The notes beneath the pieces were generated by a model. The model was given only the letters and a program-made list of their open reading frames with translations. It was not told where the DNA came from and ran no database searches. The position numbers and the translations under genes were made by a program. This document shows positions 1-14,857 of a DNA stretch of 64,000 bases, piece by piece; position 1 is the first letter of the stretch, and the number at the start of each line of letters is the position of its first letter. Source of the DNA: Eledone cirrhosa. Taxonomy: Eukaryota. The DNA is taken from positions 22,010,001-22,074,000 of the forward strand of contig OZ024747.1 of the NCBI GenBank assembly GCA_964016885.1. Direction: 5' to 3'.

Positions 1-576
1 GCGGGGCAGTCCGGATTGGGGTGCGTACGCAGATATTACTGTCACCGTAGTTATATTGAGGACAAGTCTTATTTTAATTATTCTGTCGTTCACTCTATTT
101 ACGTCTATTATCTTATCTGCCCACTTTTCTGCTACCATGATTCCTACCCCACCCAACCCATTGTCATTTCCCACCCAGAAAAGCTTATAGCATCGCTCTT
201 TACCCACGATGAATCTAGCCGACCCTCCCCTCCACCTGGTCTCTTGAATACAACAAACATCGACCTCCTTACGTTCAAGCATTTCTACAACCTCGTTAGA
301 GCGACCCTTTAAGGTGCCTACATTCATGGTACCGACTCTGAAGTTTTGGATTGCGTTTGGAGGGTGGGAGCGGTGGGGCGCGGGGGGGGGGGGGGATGGG
401 GTTATGTTAGCCATCCTGGGCCGAAACAAGGAGGAGTGCTTGCATTCTCGTCCACGAGGTGAATTTGGCTTTATCTTTGGCATTGTCGCTGAGCGTCCAC
501 ATTTTTCTCTCTTCAACTCTCCAGAATTCCGTAGTCCATCCATCATATCGAATATGTATGTATATATATGTATATA

Positions 577-978
<402 letters not shown>

Positions 979-1017
979 CAAATACATATATATACAAATA
1001 CATATATATACAAATAC

Positions 1018-1064
<47 letters not shown>

Positions 1065-1076
1065 ATAACAAGGTAT

Positions 1077-1189
1077 CAGTATTCCGACGATTTGGTCGGG
1101 TATCGACTGTAATTAAGGTCGAGGGACGTAGCTTGTAACGATCAACGACTATTAGACTCACCCGACTAAAGAAACAATTGTTAATACTG
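1077..1189 (+). ncRNA. Type I hammerhead ribozyme, CCGACGA core variant, branched stem II
   Basis: Stem I CAGTATT/AATACTG (7 bp), CCGACGA, stem II TTTGGTCGGGT/ACCCGACTAAA (11 bp) enclosing ~58 nt, GAAAC-AATT-GTT. Confidence 0.75.
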
Positions 1190-1266
1190 TAAATAAACCC
1201 TATTGTACAGCCGACCATGTTATTTTTCATCTTTTTGCTACACACACACACACACGCACACGCACA

Positions 1267-1305
<39 letters not shown>

Positions 1306-1349
1306 GCGCGCGCTCACACACATATATATATGAGCGTGCGCGTATGTGT

Positions 1350-1414
<65 letters not shown>

Positions 1415-2130
1415 CACTTTGATAATCTATTCAATACAAAAGCTGCGTATATGACAAGCGTTGCGGTATATTTAGTGAACCTCAGTTCAATGTTTGGGTC
1501 AGCGTATCTACTTATACTTTGGTTCAAGCCGAATGAGCATGATCTGTATGTATGTATGTATGTATGTATGTATGTATGTATGTATGTATGTATGTATGTA
1601 TGTATGTATGTATGTATATGTATCTATCTATCTAACTATCTGTCTGTCTGTCTCCCCACTCTCTCTCTTTATATATATACTGTATATATATATATATATA
1701 GACAAACATTTGAACTTTCTGAGAAAGTGTACACTCCATTGACATAGAGGTATGGCTATATCTATGACCCAATCTAATGATAACTATACGTGTCAGCTTT
1801 ATTTCATCTCAGGTATTTGATTTTCTATCTTTAATAGATTAAAACAATGCAACAGTGTGCAAATAAAATATACCACATTATCATAAACAACAAAGCAATA
1901 TAAGAAGACATTGAAAGTATGACTCAAATGAAATCTATTTTCCAGGCCAATACTAAGGATTTCATTTTTTTCTACGTTACGCAGACGATCTGACATGTTA
2001 GCTGGGTGGTGGAGATGTGAGGTTGGGTATTAGAAGAGATAGTTAAACTGACAGATAGTCTCGCAGGTACAGACGTTCTATAGAATGTGTGTGTGTGTGT
2101 TATGCATGAAAACACACGTATGTACATACA

Positions 2131-2211
<81 letters not shown>

Positions 2212-2459
2212 GTGGGATGTAGAAGGAAAACTACCTAGAAAAGGTTACACTGAGATATTGTCAGATATAGCATTTTTTATGAGAGAAAAATATCCACCAT
2301 AGAACGCTTATTTTATGTTTTCTTTCATAGTCAGTTTTTCCTTTTACAGAAAAAAAAAAAAATATATATATATATAAAGTGAATAATAAAAAAAAAAATG
2401 AAATGAAAGAAGAATTTAGGCACCGAAAGGAATAGTAGAATGGTAGGGAAAGGCAGATT

Positions 2460-2668
2460 CTACACTTATCCCTTGGGAGGGTCGTGGGGTCAGAGTTCTC
2501 AAACTCTCCTTCCAGCGAGTCTTGTCGGAAGCAACCGTCTCTAACTGATCAGGCTGGATCCTTAAACGAGACCAGCCAAGCTCATGGATGTTATCCAGCC
2601 ATCTTGCTCGGGGTCTACCTCTGGGTCTCCTGCCGATTGGTTTTGCCCGTAAAATCTATCCAGCGTTA
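2460..2668 (-). mobile_element. RTE-clade LINE 3' fragment
   Basis: Minus-strand translation ILRAKPIGRRPRGRPRARWLDNIHELGWSRLRIQPDQLETVASDKTRWKESLRTLTPRP, typical RTE C-terminus. Confidence 0.8.
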
Positions 2669-2683
2669 AGAAACCACTAATTT

Positions 2684-2868
2684 TTGGCAGTATTTGTAGA
2701 GGGTCGGACACCATGCTTTCCAGCATAGAGTCACGCCCCTTTACGGTCTGAGTTCAAATCCCACCTAGCTTAACTTTGCCTTTCATCCTTACGGACTCGA
2801 TAAAATAAAATACCAGTAATTTACTGGGATAATTGCTGGCCTTGTGCTAAAAACTAAAAACAACTATT
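2684..2868 (+). mobile_element. tRNA-derived SINE (main family of the window)
   Basis: A/B-box-like TGGCAGTA..GAGTTCAAATCC head followed by the family core AACTTTGCCTTTCATCC..GATAAAATAAA.TACCAG. Confidence 0.8.
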
Positions 2869-2900
2869 TTAGTATCAGTTCAATCTGCTATATACCTTTC

Positions 2901-2992
<92 letters not shown>

Positions 2993-3055
2993 TATATATT
3001 TCCCGTTAAGGGTGAAAGCAGCGATTCTTTGCTTAAACTTTAATCTGTTATTTTA

Positions 3056-3107
<52 letters not shown>

Positions 3108-3374
3108 CGGCGATGAATTAGTTTTGCGAGGTTTTTTATATGAAATCGTGTGTCGAAACAGATATTGTTATATTTGGGGAGGGTCATATTTGCGTAATAT
3201 TGCCAGAATTAATAACAGAACACACTCACTGTTTGGTTGGTTTTCGCTTCTCGCTGTCTTTTATATATATATATCTGCGATCTAACTTACTCGGTCCTCA
3301 ATGTTGCCATTGACTGACCGGCGGTCAAAAATAATACAGATACAATATAGACAAACACATATATATATAGTTTA

Positions 3375-3412
3375 CATAAATCTTTCGTTGCACATCTGCA
3401 ACATCGTCAGTG
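3375..3412 (-). ncRNA. Minimal type I hammerhead in PLE pLTR
   Basis: CA-CTGACGA-T-GTTGCA-GATG-TGCAAC-GAAA-GATT-TA-TG. Confidence 0.7.
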
Positions 3413-3669
3413 GTGTTATATTCATTGTTCCTCCTGTTGTGTTGTATGTCTACGCCATTTTTTTTTGTGTTCAGTCCGTCTATATATTTATTTATTTATT
3501 TGCTTGTTTGTTTATCTTATTTTATTTTGTCTTCTTTGCGCATGCGTTTGCGTGTGTGATGTGTGACTAGTGTGTATAGTGTTGTGTCTGCTGGGTGACT
3601 AGTGTGTGTTTATGTGCTTGTGTATGTATTTATTTATCTTATTTTATTTAATTTAATTTACTTATTTAT

Positions 3670-4985
3670 TTATACTTCTCTTAGGTCAGTGTTGTTTGTT
3701 TGGGTGTTGTTGTTGTTCCACTCATTCTTTCTGTTTAGCTTTGGTCTTCTAATTTCTATTTCACTGGCCTCTCTGATTTGCCTATCTGCTGGGTCATTCC
3801 TATGTTTAGATATTATTCTAATTTCTATGTTGTCTATGTTACCGTCATGATGTTGTCTAGCATGTTCGTATAGTACTGACCCGTTTTTTCGTCCTTTTAG
3901 TTCCCCCCAGTGTTGGTCTATCCTTTCACCTATGCTACGAGCTGTCTCACCTATGTATGTTGTTGTCGTGTTTCTGCAAGTACCCTCTGTACATCTTATG
4001 CTATAGACTACGTTTCTAGTTTTACAGTTTATCCGGGGGTTCACCTTACATATGATACATTTCCTATTGGTACAGTGGGTTTTCTTAAAAGGGTAGGTTT
4101 TGCTGATCAGGGATTTTATGGTGGTTCCTGGCTTTTCTACCACCTTTATTTTTAAGTGGGTCTTTCTCAGGGCCTTTCTACACTGGTTAGCTAATTTCCC
4201 TCCAGGGGTGGCGTCCACAAACATGACACTCTGATATCTCTGGTTGTCGTACCATGATGTGGCCTTCCCTATCTTATGTCTAGCCCTATCTAAGCTATTC
4301 CATGATTTGCTCCTGTATAGTGGGCAAATTCCTTTCATGTCCAGTTCTATGAGGGTCTTATACTTTTCCATGGCTCCTTCGTATACTCTGACTCTGTCTC
4401 TTTGGTTGTAGCCAGAGAACTGCATGCGGTTGATGAAGTGTTGGATGTGTCCTTCCATTTCTGTTGGGTCGCACATGCTGGACACATTCTTCATCACTCG
4501 TACCAAATCTGCGATCAGAATATTAAACTTAGCACTACTGGACATTGCTGAGTTTTTGAGTATCAGGTATTTGGAGGCCATGGGTTTAGCATAGTGTGAG
4601 TGGAGAATTTGGGCTCTCTCGTCTATAGTGTTAATCCAGAGTTCTGTGTCTAATACAGGTAGTCTATTGTTAGGGTGTTTGGAAGGGAAGTCTATAGTTA
4701 CAGTTATACTCTGGTGTATGGAATTAGCTATCTGCTGGATGCTTTCCATCGTGCTACGTTCTAAATCAAACTTGTTAGTGCTCTCTAGTGGGGGTGTTCT
4801 TATAACTATATTGATATCGTCTACATAACGAGAGTACATGATGAGGTCTATGGAGCTTTCATTAAGGAGATCTTTAAGTCTCCTTTCCCACCATACCATG
4901 AAAAGGTTGGCAACATCGCCAGCTATGCTGACGCCGATGGCTGCTCCCTCATTTTGGGTGTAGATTTTCTCATTGAACTTAAATA
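3670..4985 (-). CDS. PLE RT (C-terminal part) + GIY-YIG endonuclease, 5'-truncated
   Basis: GAAIG..ANLFM, RYVDD, LPVLD, Cys-rich linker CTNRKCIIC..C, NVVYSIRC..YIGET, HARQHH, E..E..LN. The ~35 N-terminal aa of the ORF-track protein come from the inverted pLTR. Confidence 0.9.
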
Positions 4986-5219
4986 TGTTGCAGATGTGCA
5001 ACGAAAGATTTATGTAAACTATATATATATGTGTTTGTCTATATTGTATCTGTATTATTTTTGACCGCCGGTCAGTCAATGGCAACATTGAGGACCGAGT
5101 AAGTTAGATCGCAGATATATATATATAAAAGACAGCGAGAAGCGAAAACCAACCAAACAGTGAGTGTGTTCTGTTATTAATTCTGGCAATATTACGCAAA
5201 TATGACCCTCCCCAAATAT

Positions 5220-5265
<46 letters not shown>

Positions 5266-5269
5266 CGTG

Positions 5270-5295
<26 letters not shown>

Positions 5296-5301
<6 letters not shown>

Positions 5302-5410
5302 GAGAAGAAAGAAGAATACTGCGTGGTTGCACATGGGTTACATATGATAAAAATAGTCCTTCGTCAGTGATTTTCCAACCTTCATTGGTATTTCATCGCT
5401 TTAAAAATCA
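5296..5410 (-). mobile_element. Non-coding (TA)n-associated repeat family, probable PLE pLTR (also 11965-12220 +, 24167-24725 +, 51795-51950 -)
   Basis: Shared GAAATACCAATGA.GGTTGGAA.ATCACTGAYGAAGGACTA; ends in (TA)n; the 24167 copy has a direct terminal repeat AACCACGCAGTATTCTTCTTTCTTCTCATGTTTT. Confidence 0.7.
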
Positions 5411-5437
5411 TATATATATATATATATATATATACAC

Positions 5438-5469
<32 letters not shown>

Positions 5470-5474
5470 TTCTT

Positions 5475-5771
5475 TCTGCTTTTGTTACTCTAAAAGTAAA
5501 AATAAACTATAGCTTTGTAGAATTAGCTTTTAATGAATTCCCTTTTCTATCAACCAATGACCTACACCCATCCCACTCCCCACCCTCTCCTACCACCTGA
5601 AGAGACCTATAAATACCATACTTATTTTTTGATACCCAAATTCCTGATGATTTCTAAAGAATGAAACAGTTCTAGTCCTGTAGAATCTCATCTATATTAA
5701 AACTTTTATACTCTGCAATGTATTGAGTACCTTACTTACTGTGGTTACCTCCGATTCAACCCGGAATAACG

Positions 5772-5772
<1 letters not shown>
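5475..5772 (+). mobile_element. PLE pLTR fragment with degenerate hammerhead and bulged hairpin
   Basis: CTGATGA-TTTC-TAAA-GAAT-GAAAC..GTC at ~5644-5677; ACTC-TGC-AAT-GTA-TT-GAGT at 5710-5728; ends in (TA)n. Confidence 0.55.
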
Positions 5773-5850
<78 letters not shown>

Positions 5851-6068
5851 TATATATATATATATATATATACACACTATATATATATATATATATATAT
5901 ATCATCATCACTACCATCCCACCATCACCACCTCCACCATTACTACCATACCACTATCACCACCTCCACCATCACTACCATACCACCATCACTACCATAC
6001 ACCATCACCTCCACCACCATACCACCATCTTACTTACTGTGGTCACCTCCGATTCAACCCGTAATAAC

Positions 6069-6114
<46 letters not shown>

Positions 6115-6312
6115 TATATATATATATATATATATCATCATCACTACCATCCCACCATCACCACCTCCACCATCACTACCATACCACTATCACCACCTCC
6201 ACCATCACTACCATACACCATCACCTCCACCACCATACCACCATCTTACTTACTGTAGTCACCTCCGATTCAACCCGTAATAACGTATATATATATATAT
6301 ATATACACTATA

Positions 6313-6782
<470 letters not shown>

Positions 6783-6785
<3 letters not shown>

Positions 6786-7241
6786 ATTAAATAAATGGAA
6801 ACTATATTTATAAAACCATATTTATTTCATTATATATATTTCAGGGATATCATATTAACAATATGTTATGCCTTCTTCAGACAAAATACAATATAAACAG
6901 TCTTATAAATAAATAGATGCCTTTTCTTTCTTTCTCTCTTTCTTTTTACAACTGTCCACAATATTTTTTACTGCCAAATCAACCTCCCAAATGCAAGTCG
7001 ATTGAAAGGTATGTCGTATCTATTTATTTATAAGACTGTTTATATTGTATTTTGTCTGAAGAAGGCATAACATATTGTTAATATGATATCCCTGAAATAT
7101 ATATAATGAAATAAATATGGTTTTATAAATATAGTTTCCATTTATTTAATATCATAAATATACTCCAAATACTTGTTGAGTGCTTTTATATCAGTTATAA
7201 ATATTTACTCGTTGTTAACCCAACAATTTAAATATAACTTT

Positions 7242-7243
<2 letters not shown>
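6783..7243. mobile_element. Fold-back derivative of the Naiad-like pLTR
   Basis: Arms 6783-6918 and ~7018-7153; hammerheads at 6826-6885 (-) and 7051-7110 (+) with CTGAAGA; highly similar to 16185-16402. Confidence 0.85.
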
Positions 7244-7301
<58 letters not shown>

Positions 7302-7477
7302 TGTGTATAAACGAATGAACGAATGAAATAAATTAAAATGAAATAAAATAAAAAAACGTCGAGCAATTTGTTGGAAGGTCGTCAGTGCAGCAATTGGCGG
7401 AGTCAGTAGATCTCAGAATATAGAGGAAATGTCATGGTGACCATAGCTGCAATAGTCACGTTGACTAGCATCGTGGC

Positions 7478-7545
7478 CATCATCATCATCAGCATCATTA
7501 TTATCACCACTACTGCCTCCATAACCGTCATCACCATCATCATTG

Positions 7546-7596
<51 letters not shown>

Positions 7597-10345
7597 CCAC
7601 CACCAGCACCACCAGCACCACCAGCACCACCATCACCACCATCATCATCATCATCACCACCACCACCACCACCATCCCCACCATCATCATCATCACCACC
7701 ACCACCAGCACTACTATCACCACCATCACCAGTACCATCACCACCACCATCATCACCACCACCACCAGCACCATCACCACCACAACCACCACCACCACCA
7801 TCACCACCATCACCATCATCATCGCCACCACCACCATCACCACCACAACCACCACCACAACCATCACTACCATCACCACCATCATCATCATCACCATCAC
7901 CAGCACCACCACCACCATCACCACCACCATCACCATCATCATCATCTTCACCACCACCACCACCACCAGCACCATCATCACCACCACCACCACCACCACC
8001 ACAACCGCCACCACTACCATCACCATCATCATTATCATCATCATCATCATTATATCATTATTCAAATTTCCATCGCCATGACTTCCCTACCACCATCGAC
8101 ACGCCACTAATCAATAAGATGATGATGATGATGATGATGATGGCAATGATAATGATGATGATGATGATGATGATGGCAATGATAATGATGATGATGATGA
8201 TGATGGCAATGATAATGATGATGATGATGATGATGATGATGATATTGTTAATGATCCCTGCTCAATAACAATCAATACAGTGGTGGTTATTATGAAAACT
8301 AACACCAGCCACATCACTTCAACGAATTACTACCACCATAATTATTACCACCACCACCACTACCGTCACCACTAGTACACCACCACCACCACTACCGTCA
8401 CCACTAGTACACCACCACCACTACCGTCACCACTACTACACCACCACCACTACCGTCACCACTAGTACACCACCACCACCACTACCGTCACCACTAGTAC
8501 ACCACCACCACCACTACCGTCACCACTAGTACACCACCACCACCACCATCACCACTACTACACCACCATCACTACCACCACCACCACCACTACCGTCACC
8601 ACTAGTACACCACCACCACCATCACTACTACCACCACCACCGTCACCACTACTACACCACCACCACCATCACTACTACACCACCACCACCACCACCACCA
8701 CCACCACCACTACTACACCACCACCACCACCATCACCACTAGTACACCACCACCACCACCATCACCACTACTACACCACCACCACCACCATCACCACTAC
8801 TACACCACCACCATCACTACCATCACTACCACCACCACCACCACCATCACTACCACCACCACCACCATCACTACCATCACTACCACCACCACCACCATCA
8901 CTACCACCACCACCACCATCACTACCATCACTACCACCACCACCACCATCACTACCATCACTACCACCACCACCACCATCACCACTAGTACACCACCACC
9001 ATCATCACTACTACCACCACCACCGTCACCACTACTACACCACCACCACCATCACCACTACCGTCACCACTACTACACCACCATCACTACCACCACCACC
9101 ACCATCACCACTAGTACACCACCACCACCACCATCACCACTACTACACCACCATCACTACCACCACCACCACCACCACCATCACCACTAGTACACCACCA
9201 CCATCACCACTACTACACCACCACCACCACCATCACCACTACTACCACCACCACCATCACCACTACTACACCACCACCACCACCATCACCACTACTACCA
9301 CCACCACCATCACCACTACTACCACCACCACCACCACCACCATCACTACTACCACCACGACCATCACCACTACTACACCACCACCACCACCATCACCACT
9401 AGTACACCACCACCACCACCATCACCACTAGTACACCACCACCACCACCATCACCACTACTACACCACCACCACCACCATCACCACTACTACACCACCAC
9501 CACCACCATCACCACTACTACACCACCACCACCACCATCACTACCATCACTACCACCACCACCACCATCACCACTAGTACACCACCACCATCATCACTAC
9601 TACCACCACCACCATCACCACTACCGTCACCACTACTACACCACCATCACTACCACCACCACCACCATCACCACTAGTACACCACCACCACCACCATCAC
9701 CACTAGTACACCACCACCATCACCACTACTACACCACCACCACCACCATCACCACTACTACCACCACCACCATCACCACTACTACACCACCACCACCACC
9801 ATCACCACTACTACCACCACCACCATCACCACTACTACCACCACCACCACCACCACCATCACTACTACCACCACCACCATCACCACTACTACACCACCAC
9901 CACCACCATCACCACTAGTACACCACCACCACCACCATCACCACTAGTACACCACCACCATCACCACTACTACACCACCACCACCACCATCACCACTACT
10001 ACCACCACCACCATCACCACTACTACACCACCACCACCACCATCACCACTACTACCACCACCACCATCACCACTACTACCACCACCACCACCACCACCAT
10101 CACTACTACCACCACCACCATCACCACTACTACCACCACCACCACCACCACCATCACTACTACCACCACCACCATCACCACTACTACACTACCACCACCA
10201 CCATCACCACTACTACCACCACCACCATCACCACTACTACACCACCACCACCACCATCACCACTAGTACACCACCACCACCACCATCACCACTAGTACAC
10301 CACCACCATCACCACTACTACACCACCACCACCATCATCACCATC

Positions 10346-10376
<31 letters not shown>

Positions 10377-10380
10377 CCAT
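7478..10380. repeat. (CAT)n/(CAC)n/(GAT)n trinucleotide arrays with ACTAGTAC-containing higher-order units
   Basis: Direct inspection. Confidence 0.95.
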
Positions 10381-10485
10381 CCTCGTGACTACCATCCCCA
10401 TCTTCGTGGTCATCACTCAAAAACTATCTTTATTGATTTTCTTTTGTTTTGTCTTGTTCCTCCCTTCCATCTCCCCCTCTCCCCT

Positions 10486-11020
10486 TACTGCAGACCAAGC
10501 TAACTGGACAGTCACCCCTCCTCACCACCGCCTACTGCAGACCAAGCTAACTGGACAGTCACCCCTCCTCACCACCACCTACTGCAGACCTAACTAACTG
10601 GACAGTCACCCCTCCTCACCACCACCTACTGCAGACCAAGCTCACTGGACAGTCACCCCTCCTCACCACCACCTACTGCAGACCTAGCTAACTGGACAGT
10701 CACCCCTCCTCACCACCACCTACTGCAGACCTAGCTAACTGGACAGTCACCCCTCCTCACCACCACCTACTGCAGACCTAGCTAACTGGACAGTCACCCC
10801 TCCTCACCACCACCTACTGCAGACCTAGCTAACTGGACAGTCACCCCTCCTCACCACCACCTACTGCAGACCTAGCTAACTGGACAGTCACCCCTCCTCA
10901 CCACCACCTACTGCAGACCTAGCTAACTGGACAGTCACCCCTCCTCTCCACCACCTACTGCAGACCAAGCTAACTGGACAGTCACCCCTCCTCACCACCA
11001 CCTACTGCAGACCAAGCTAA
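10486..11020 (+). repeat. 47-bp minisatellite, ~11 copies
   Basis: Unit CTACTGCAGACCTAGCTAACTGGACAGTCACCCCTCCTCACCACCAC; starts at 10532 and 10579. Confidence 0.95.
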
Positions 11021-11084
11021 CTAGCTAGAGCCAGTCACCCCCTCATCATTCTTGCTGCACAGTCTGCACACTATCTGGACAGTC

Positions 11085-11208
11085 ATCACCACCACCAGCA
11101 CAACCACCACCACCACACCACCACCACCACCACCACTACCACCACCATCACCACCACCCCACCACCACCACTACCACACAACCACTACCACACCACCACC
11201 ACCATCAC

Positions 11209-11239
<31 letters not shown>

Positions 11240-11587
11240 ACCTCCACTACCACCAACACCACCACCACCACCACCACCGCCACCACCACCACCACCACCA
11301 CCACAACAACAACACCACCACCACCACTACACCACCACCACCACCACCACCATCACCATCACCACCACCACCACAACAACAACACCACCACCACCACCAC
11401 CACACCACCACCACCGCCACCATCACCACCACTACCACACCACCACCACCATCACCACCACCACCACCACACCACCACCACCACCAGCACTACCACCACC
11501 ATCACCACCACACCACCACCACCACCACCATCACCACCACACCACCACCACCACAACACCACCACCACCACCTCCACTACCACCACC
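11085..11587. repeat. (CAC)n-rich array
   Basis: Direct inspection. Confidence 0.9.
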
Positions 11588-11810
11588 TACTGCAAACCAA
11601 GCTATCTGGACAGTTCCAAACCAACAACAATATAGTTACTGGTGTTCCACTGTTGTTTGTCCAACAAACATGTCAGCCTATTCAAATATTAATATTTCCC
11701 TGATATTAATCTATCTAATGTCGTATGGCATTGTCTTATTAACTTATTAATTATTACCATTTTACTATTCCAGACACGGCGCTCTTTCCACGAAATATAT
11801 TTTTCAGTTG

Positions 11811-11844
<34 letters not shown>

Positions 11845-11867
11845 CAACGGAAAAATATATTTCGTGG

Positions 11868-11964
<97 letters not shown>

Positions 11965-12212
11965 GGATAACCATGTTGCTTGTTTATTCCTATCTTTGCG
12001 TTGCTTTCATCCTTCTATGTTGTTTACTTGTCTCACTCGCTTTACACGATTTACTTGTCCCAATAGCTTTATTTAGCTATTGCTCGCACCAACCTGAGGT
12101 ATATGATTTTTAATGCGATGAAATACCAATGATGGTTGGAAAATCACTGACGAAGGACTATTTTTATCATATGTAACCCATGTGCAACCACGCAGTATTC
12201 TTCTTTCTTCTC

Positions 12213-12257
<45 letters not shown>

Positions 12258-12265
<8 letters not shown>

Positions 12266-12652
12266 AATATAAGTATTAATAAATAGATGTTCTTTTGATC
12301 AATTACATTTTATTATACATATTTCGGATGTACAATAGTACGTCCTCATCAGACAACATATAATGATACATGACATACCCTGAGATGTTAAATGGTTAAG
12401 ATTTACTACCTTGATTAAATCTTAACCATTTAACATCTCAGGGTATGTCATGTATCATTATATTTTGTCTGATGAGGACGTACTGTTGTACATCCGAAAT
12501 ATGTATAATAAAATGCAATTGACCAAAAAACATCTATTTTATGAATACTTATATTTAAATATTAATAACTCCAGAAAATTTTTTTCCGTTGAGTGCTTCC
12601 AATCTACTGTAAAACTCATTCTTTGACATAATCATTGAATATTGTTTAACAA

Positions 12653-12657
<5 letters not shown>
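12258..12657. mobile_element. Fold-back PLE-derived element with two hammerheads
   Basis: Arms ~12258-12405 and 12416-12565; hammerheads at 12309-12357 (-) and 12464-12512 (+); tail with bulged hairpin; in (TA)n. Confidence 0.85.
12464..12512 (+). ncRNA. Type I hammerhead ribozyme
   Basis: TTTGT-CTGATGA-GGACGTAC-TGTT-GTACATCC-GAAA-TATGTA-TA-ATAAA. Confidence 0.8.
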
Positions 12658-13175
<518 letters not shown>

Positions 13176-14857
13176 ATATTAAATAAATGGAAAACTATAT
13201 TTATAAAACCATATTTATTTCATTATATATATTTCGGGGATATCATATTAACAATATGCTATGCCTTCATCAGACAAAATACAATATAAACAGTTTTATA
13301 GATAAATATATTCGACATACCGTAATAAACATCAACTTCATTTGAAGAGGTTCACTCTAGCAGTGAAAACAGAGAGAGAAAGAAAGAGAGAGAGAAAAGA
13401 GGGAAATAAGAAAGAAAGAAAGACAAAACGAAGAAAAGGAAGAAAAAGAAGAAAAAGAAGAAATGCATGGGACAAAATAGAGAGATGGAAAAATAGATAA
13501 AGCGAAGAGCTTCATGTAAAGAGACCGAAAGAGATATATATATATATAGAGAGAGAGAGGAAATAGAGATAGATACATATATAAATATAGATATAGAAAA
13601 ATTAGGTAGTGGGAGGTCATTTTGAGTAAGTGTATCAATGATGCATTTATTTATTTATTTATTTATTTATTTAGCTCAAGTATTAATGTAAGGGAGATAT
13701 AGAGAGATATAGAGAGAGAAAAATTTAAAAATAGCCAGACATATTCGAGGCGTAGAAAACCCTATGTTTTAATGTATTAGTATTTATAAAACTTACACTA
13801 TATTGTAAATATCAGTATTCCTGAATGAAACAAGTATTCACAATGCGTGAAAATTCATTATCTTATGTTTAGTTTTTAAAAAAAAAATTCATATGTCTAT
13901 GTGAATCCAACTGATTCACTCCGCAAATTCAAAGTTACCGGAAAACATTCTCAATGTGGTATAAACATTTGAGCGTATTATTATTCTTGCGATTACTCTA
14001 CAAGATTATCTATCAAGCAGAAATAGAGAGCAGATTTCAATATACTAATCGAAAATATTATATATATTATAAGCAGAGATAACAATAATAATGTAAATAA
14101 GTAAAAATATATAAAATATAAAAATATAGAATAGAAAACTAAAAAGAATATTACGAAAGAATATTACATAATAAAAATATTGCATATTAAAAATACTACG
14201 TATTAAAAATATTACGTATTAAAACTTTACATATAAAAATATTAAAAATATTAAAAATATTAAAATAAAAATTAACATATAAAAAAAATTTACATATAAA
14301 AATATTAAAAATAAAAATAAAATAAAATAAAAAATAAAATATAAAAATATTATAGATACTACAATACTAAAAGAATAAAAATAAAAATACAAATAAAAAT
14401 AAAAATAAAAATAAAAATAAAAATAAAAATAAAAATAAAAATAAAAATAAAAATGAAAATAAAAAATAAACCACAAGAACAACCCTTCAAGGTTAATTGA
14501 CAATATATTGCCAAGTTCACTACAAGACAAAGCCAAAAATTATCTATCAAATCACATCTAGCAAGGAATATCGCAAAAAAAGATTATGATGTCCAATAAT
14601 GTCTTATATGTCCTATATTTAATATATAAGTTTATCAAGTGTAAGGTTAATTCAGAAAATTTGGAGCATCGGCTTTTAGGGTAGCTTAATTTTTCATGAG
14701 GAATGTTTAGATAAAAATAAAAATAAAAATAAAAATAAAAATAAAAATAAATACAATAAAATAAACAATAAAAAGAGTAAAAAGAGGGAATCAAAGATTT
14801 AGGAATCAAAAGATTTATCGGCTAGTTCTCATATAAATATAAATCAAACTAAATATA

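Larger units (their letters stand above)
3107..5226 (-). mobile_element. 5'-truncated Penelope-like retroelement (Neptune-like) with inverted pLTR
   Basis: RT+GIY-YIG ORF; 4985-5226 is the reverse complement of ~3163-3404; extra tail 3107-3162; both ends in (TA)n. Confidence 0.9.

Noticed and set aside
1-553. LINE 3' end on the minus strand (..[23 protein letters not shown]..)
   Set aside because: Only a vague resemblance with no diagnostic motif; left unannotated.
4985-5088. N-terminus MLPLTDRR.. of the 472-aa ORF and the 3301-3570 ORF
   Set aside because: Antisense reading of the inverted pLTR fortuitously in frame with the truncated RT.
10486-11020. CRISPR-like array
   Set aside because: Head-to-tail near-identical units without unique spacers; eukaryotic context, no cas genes.
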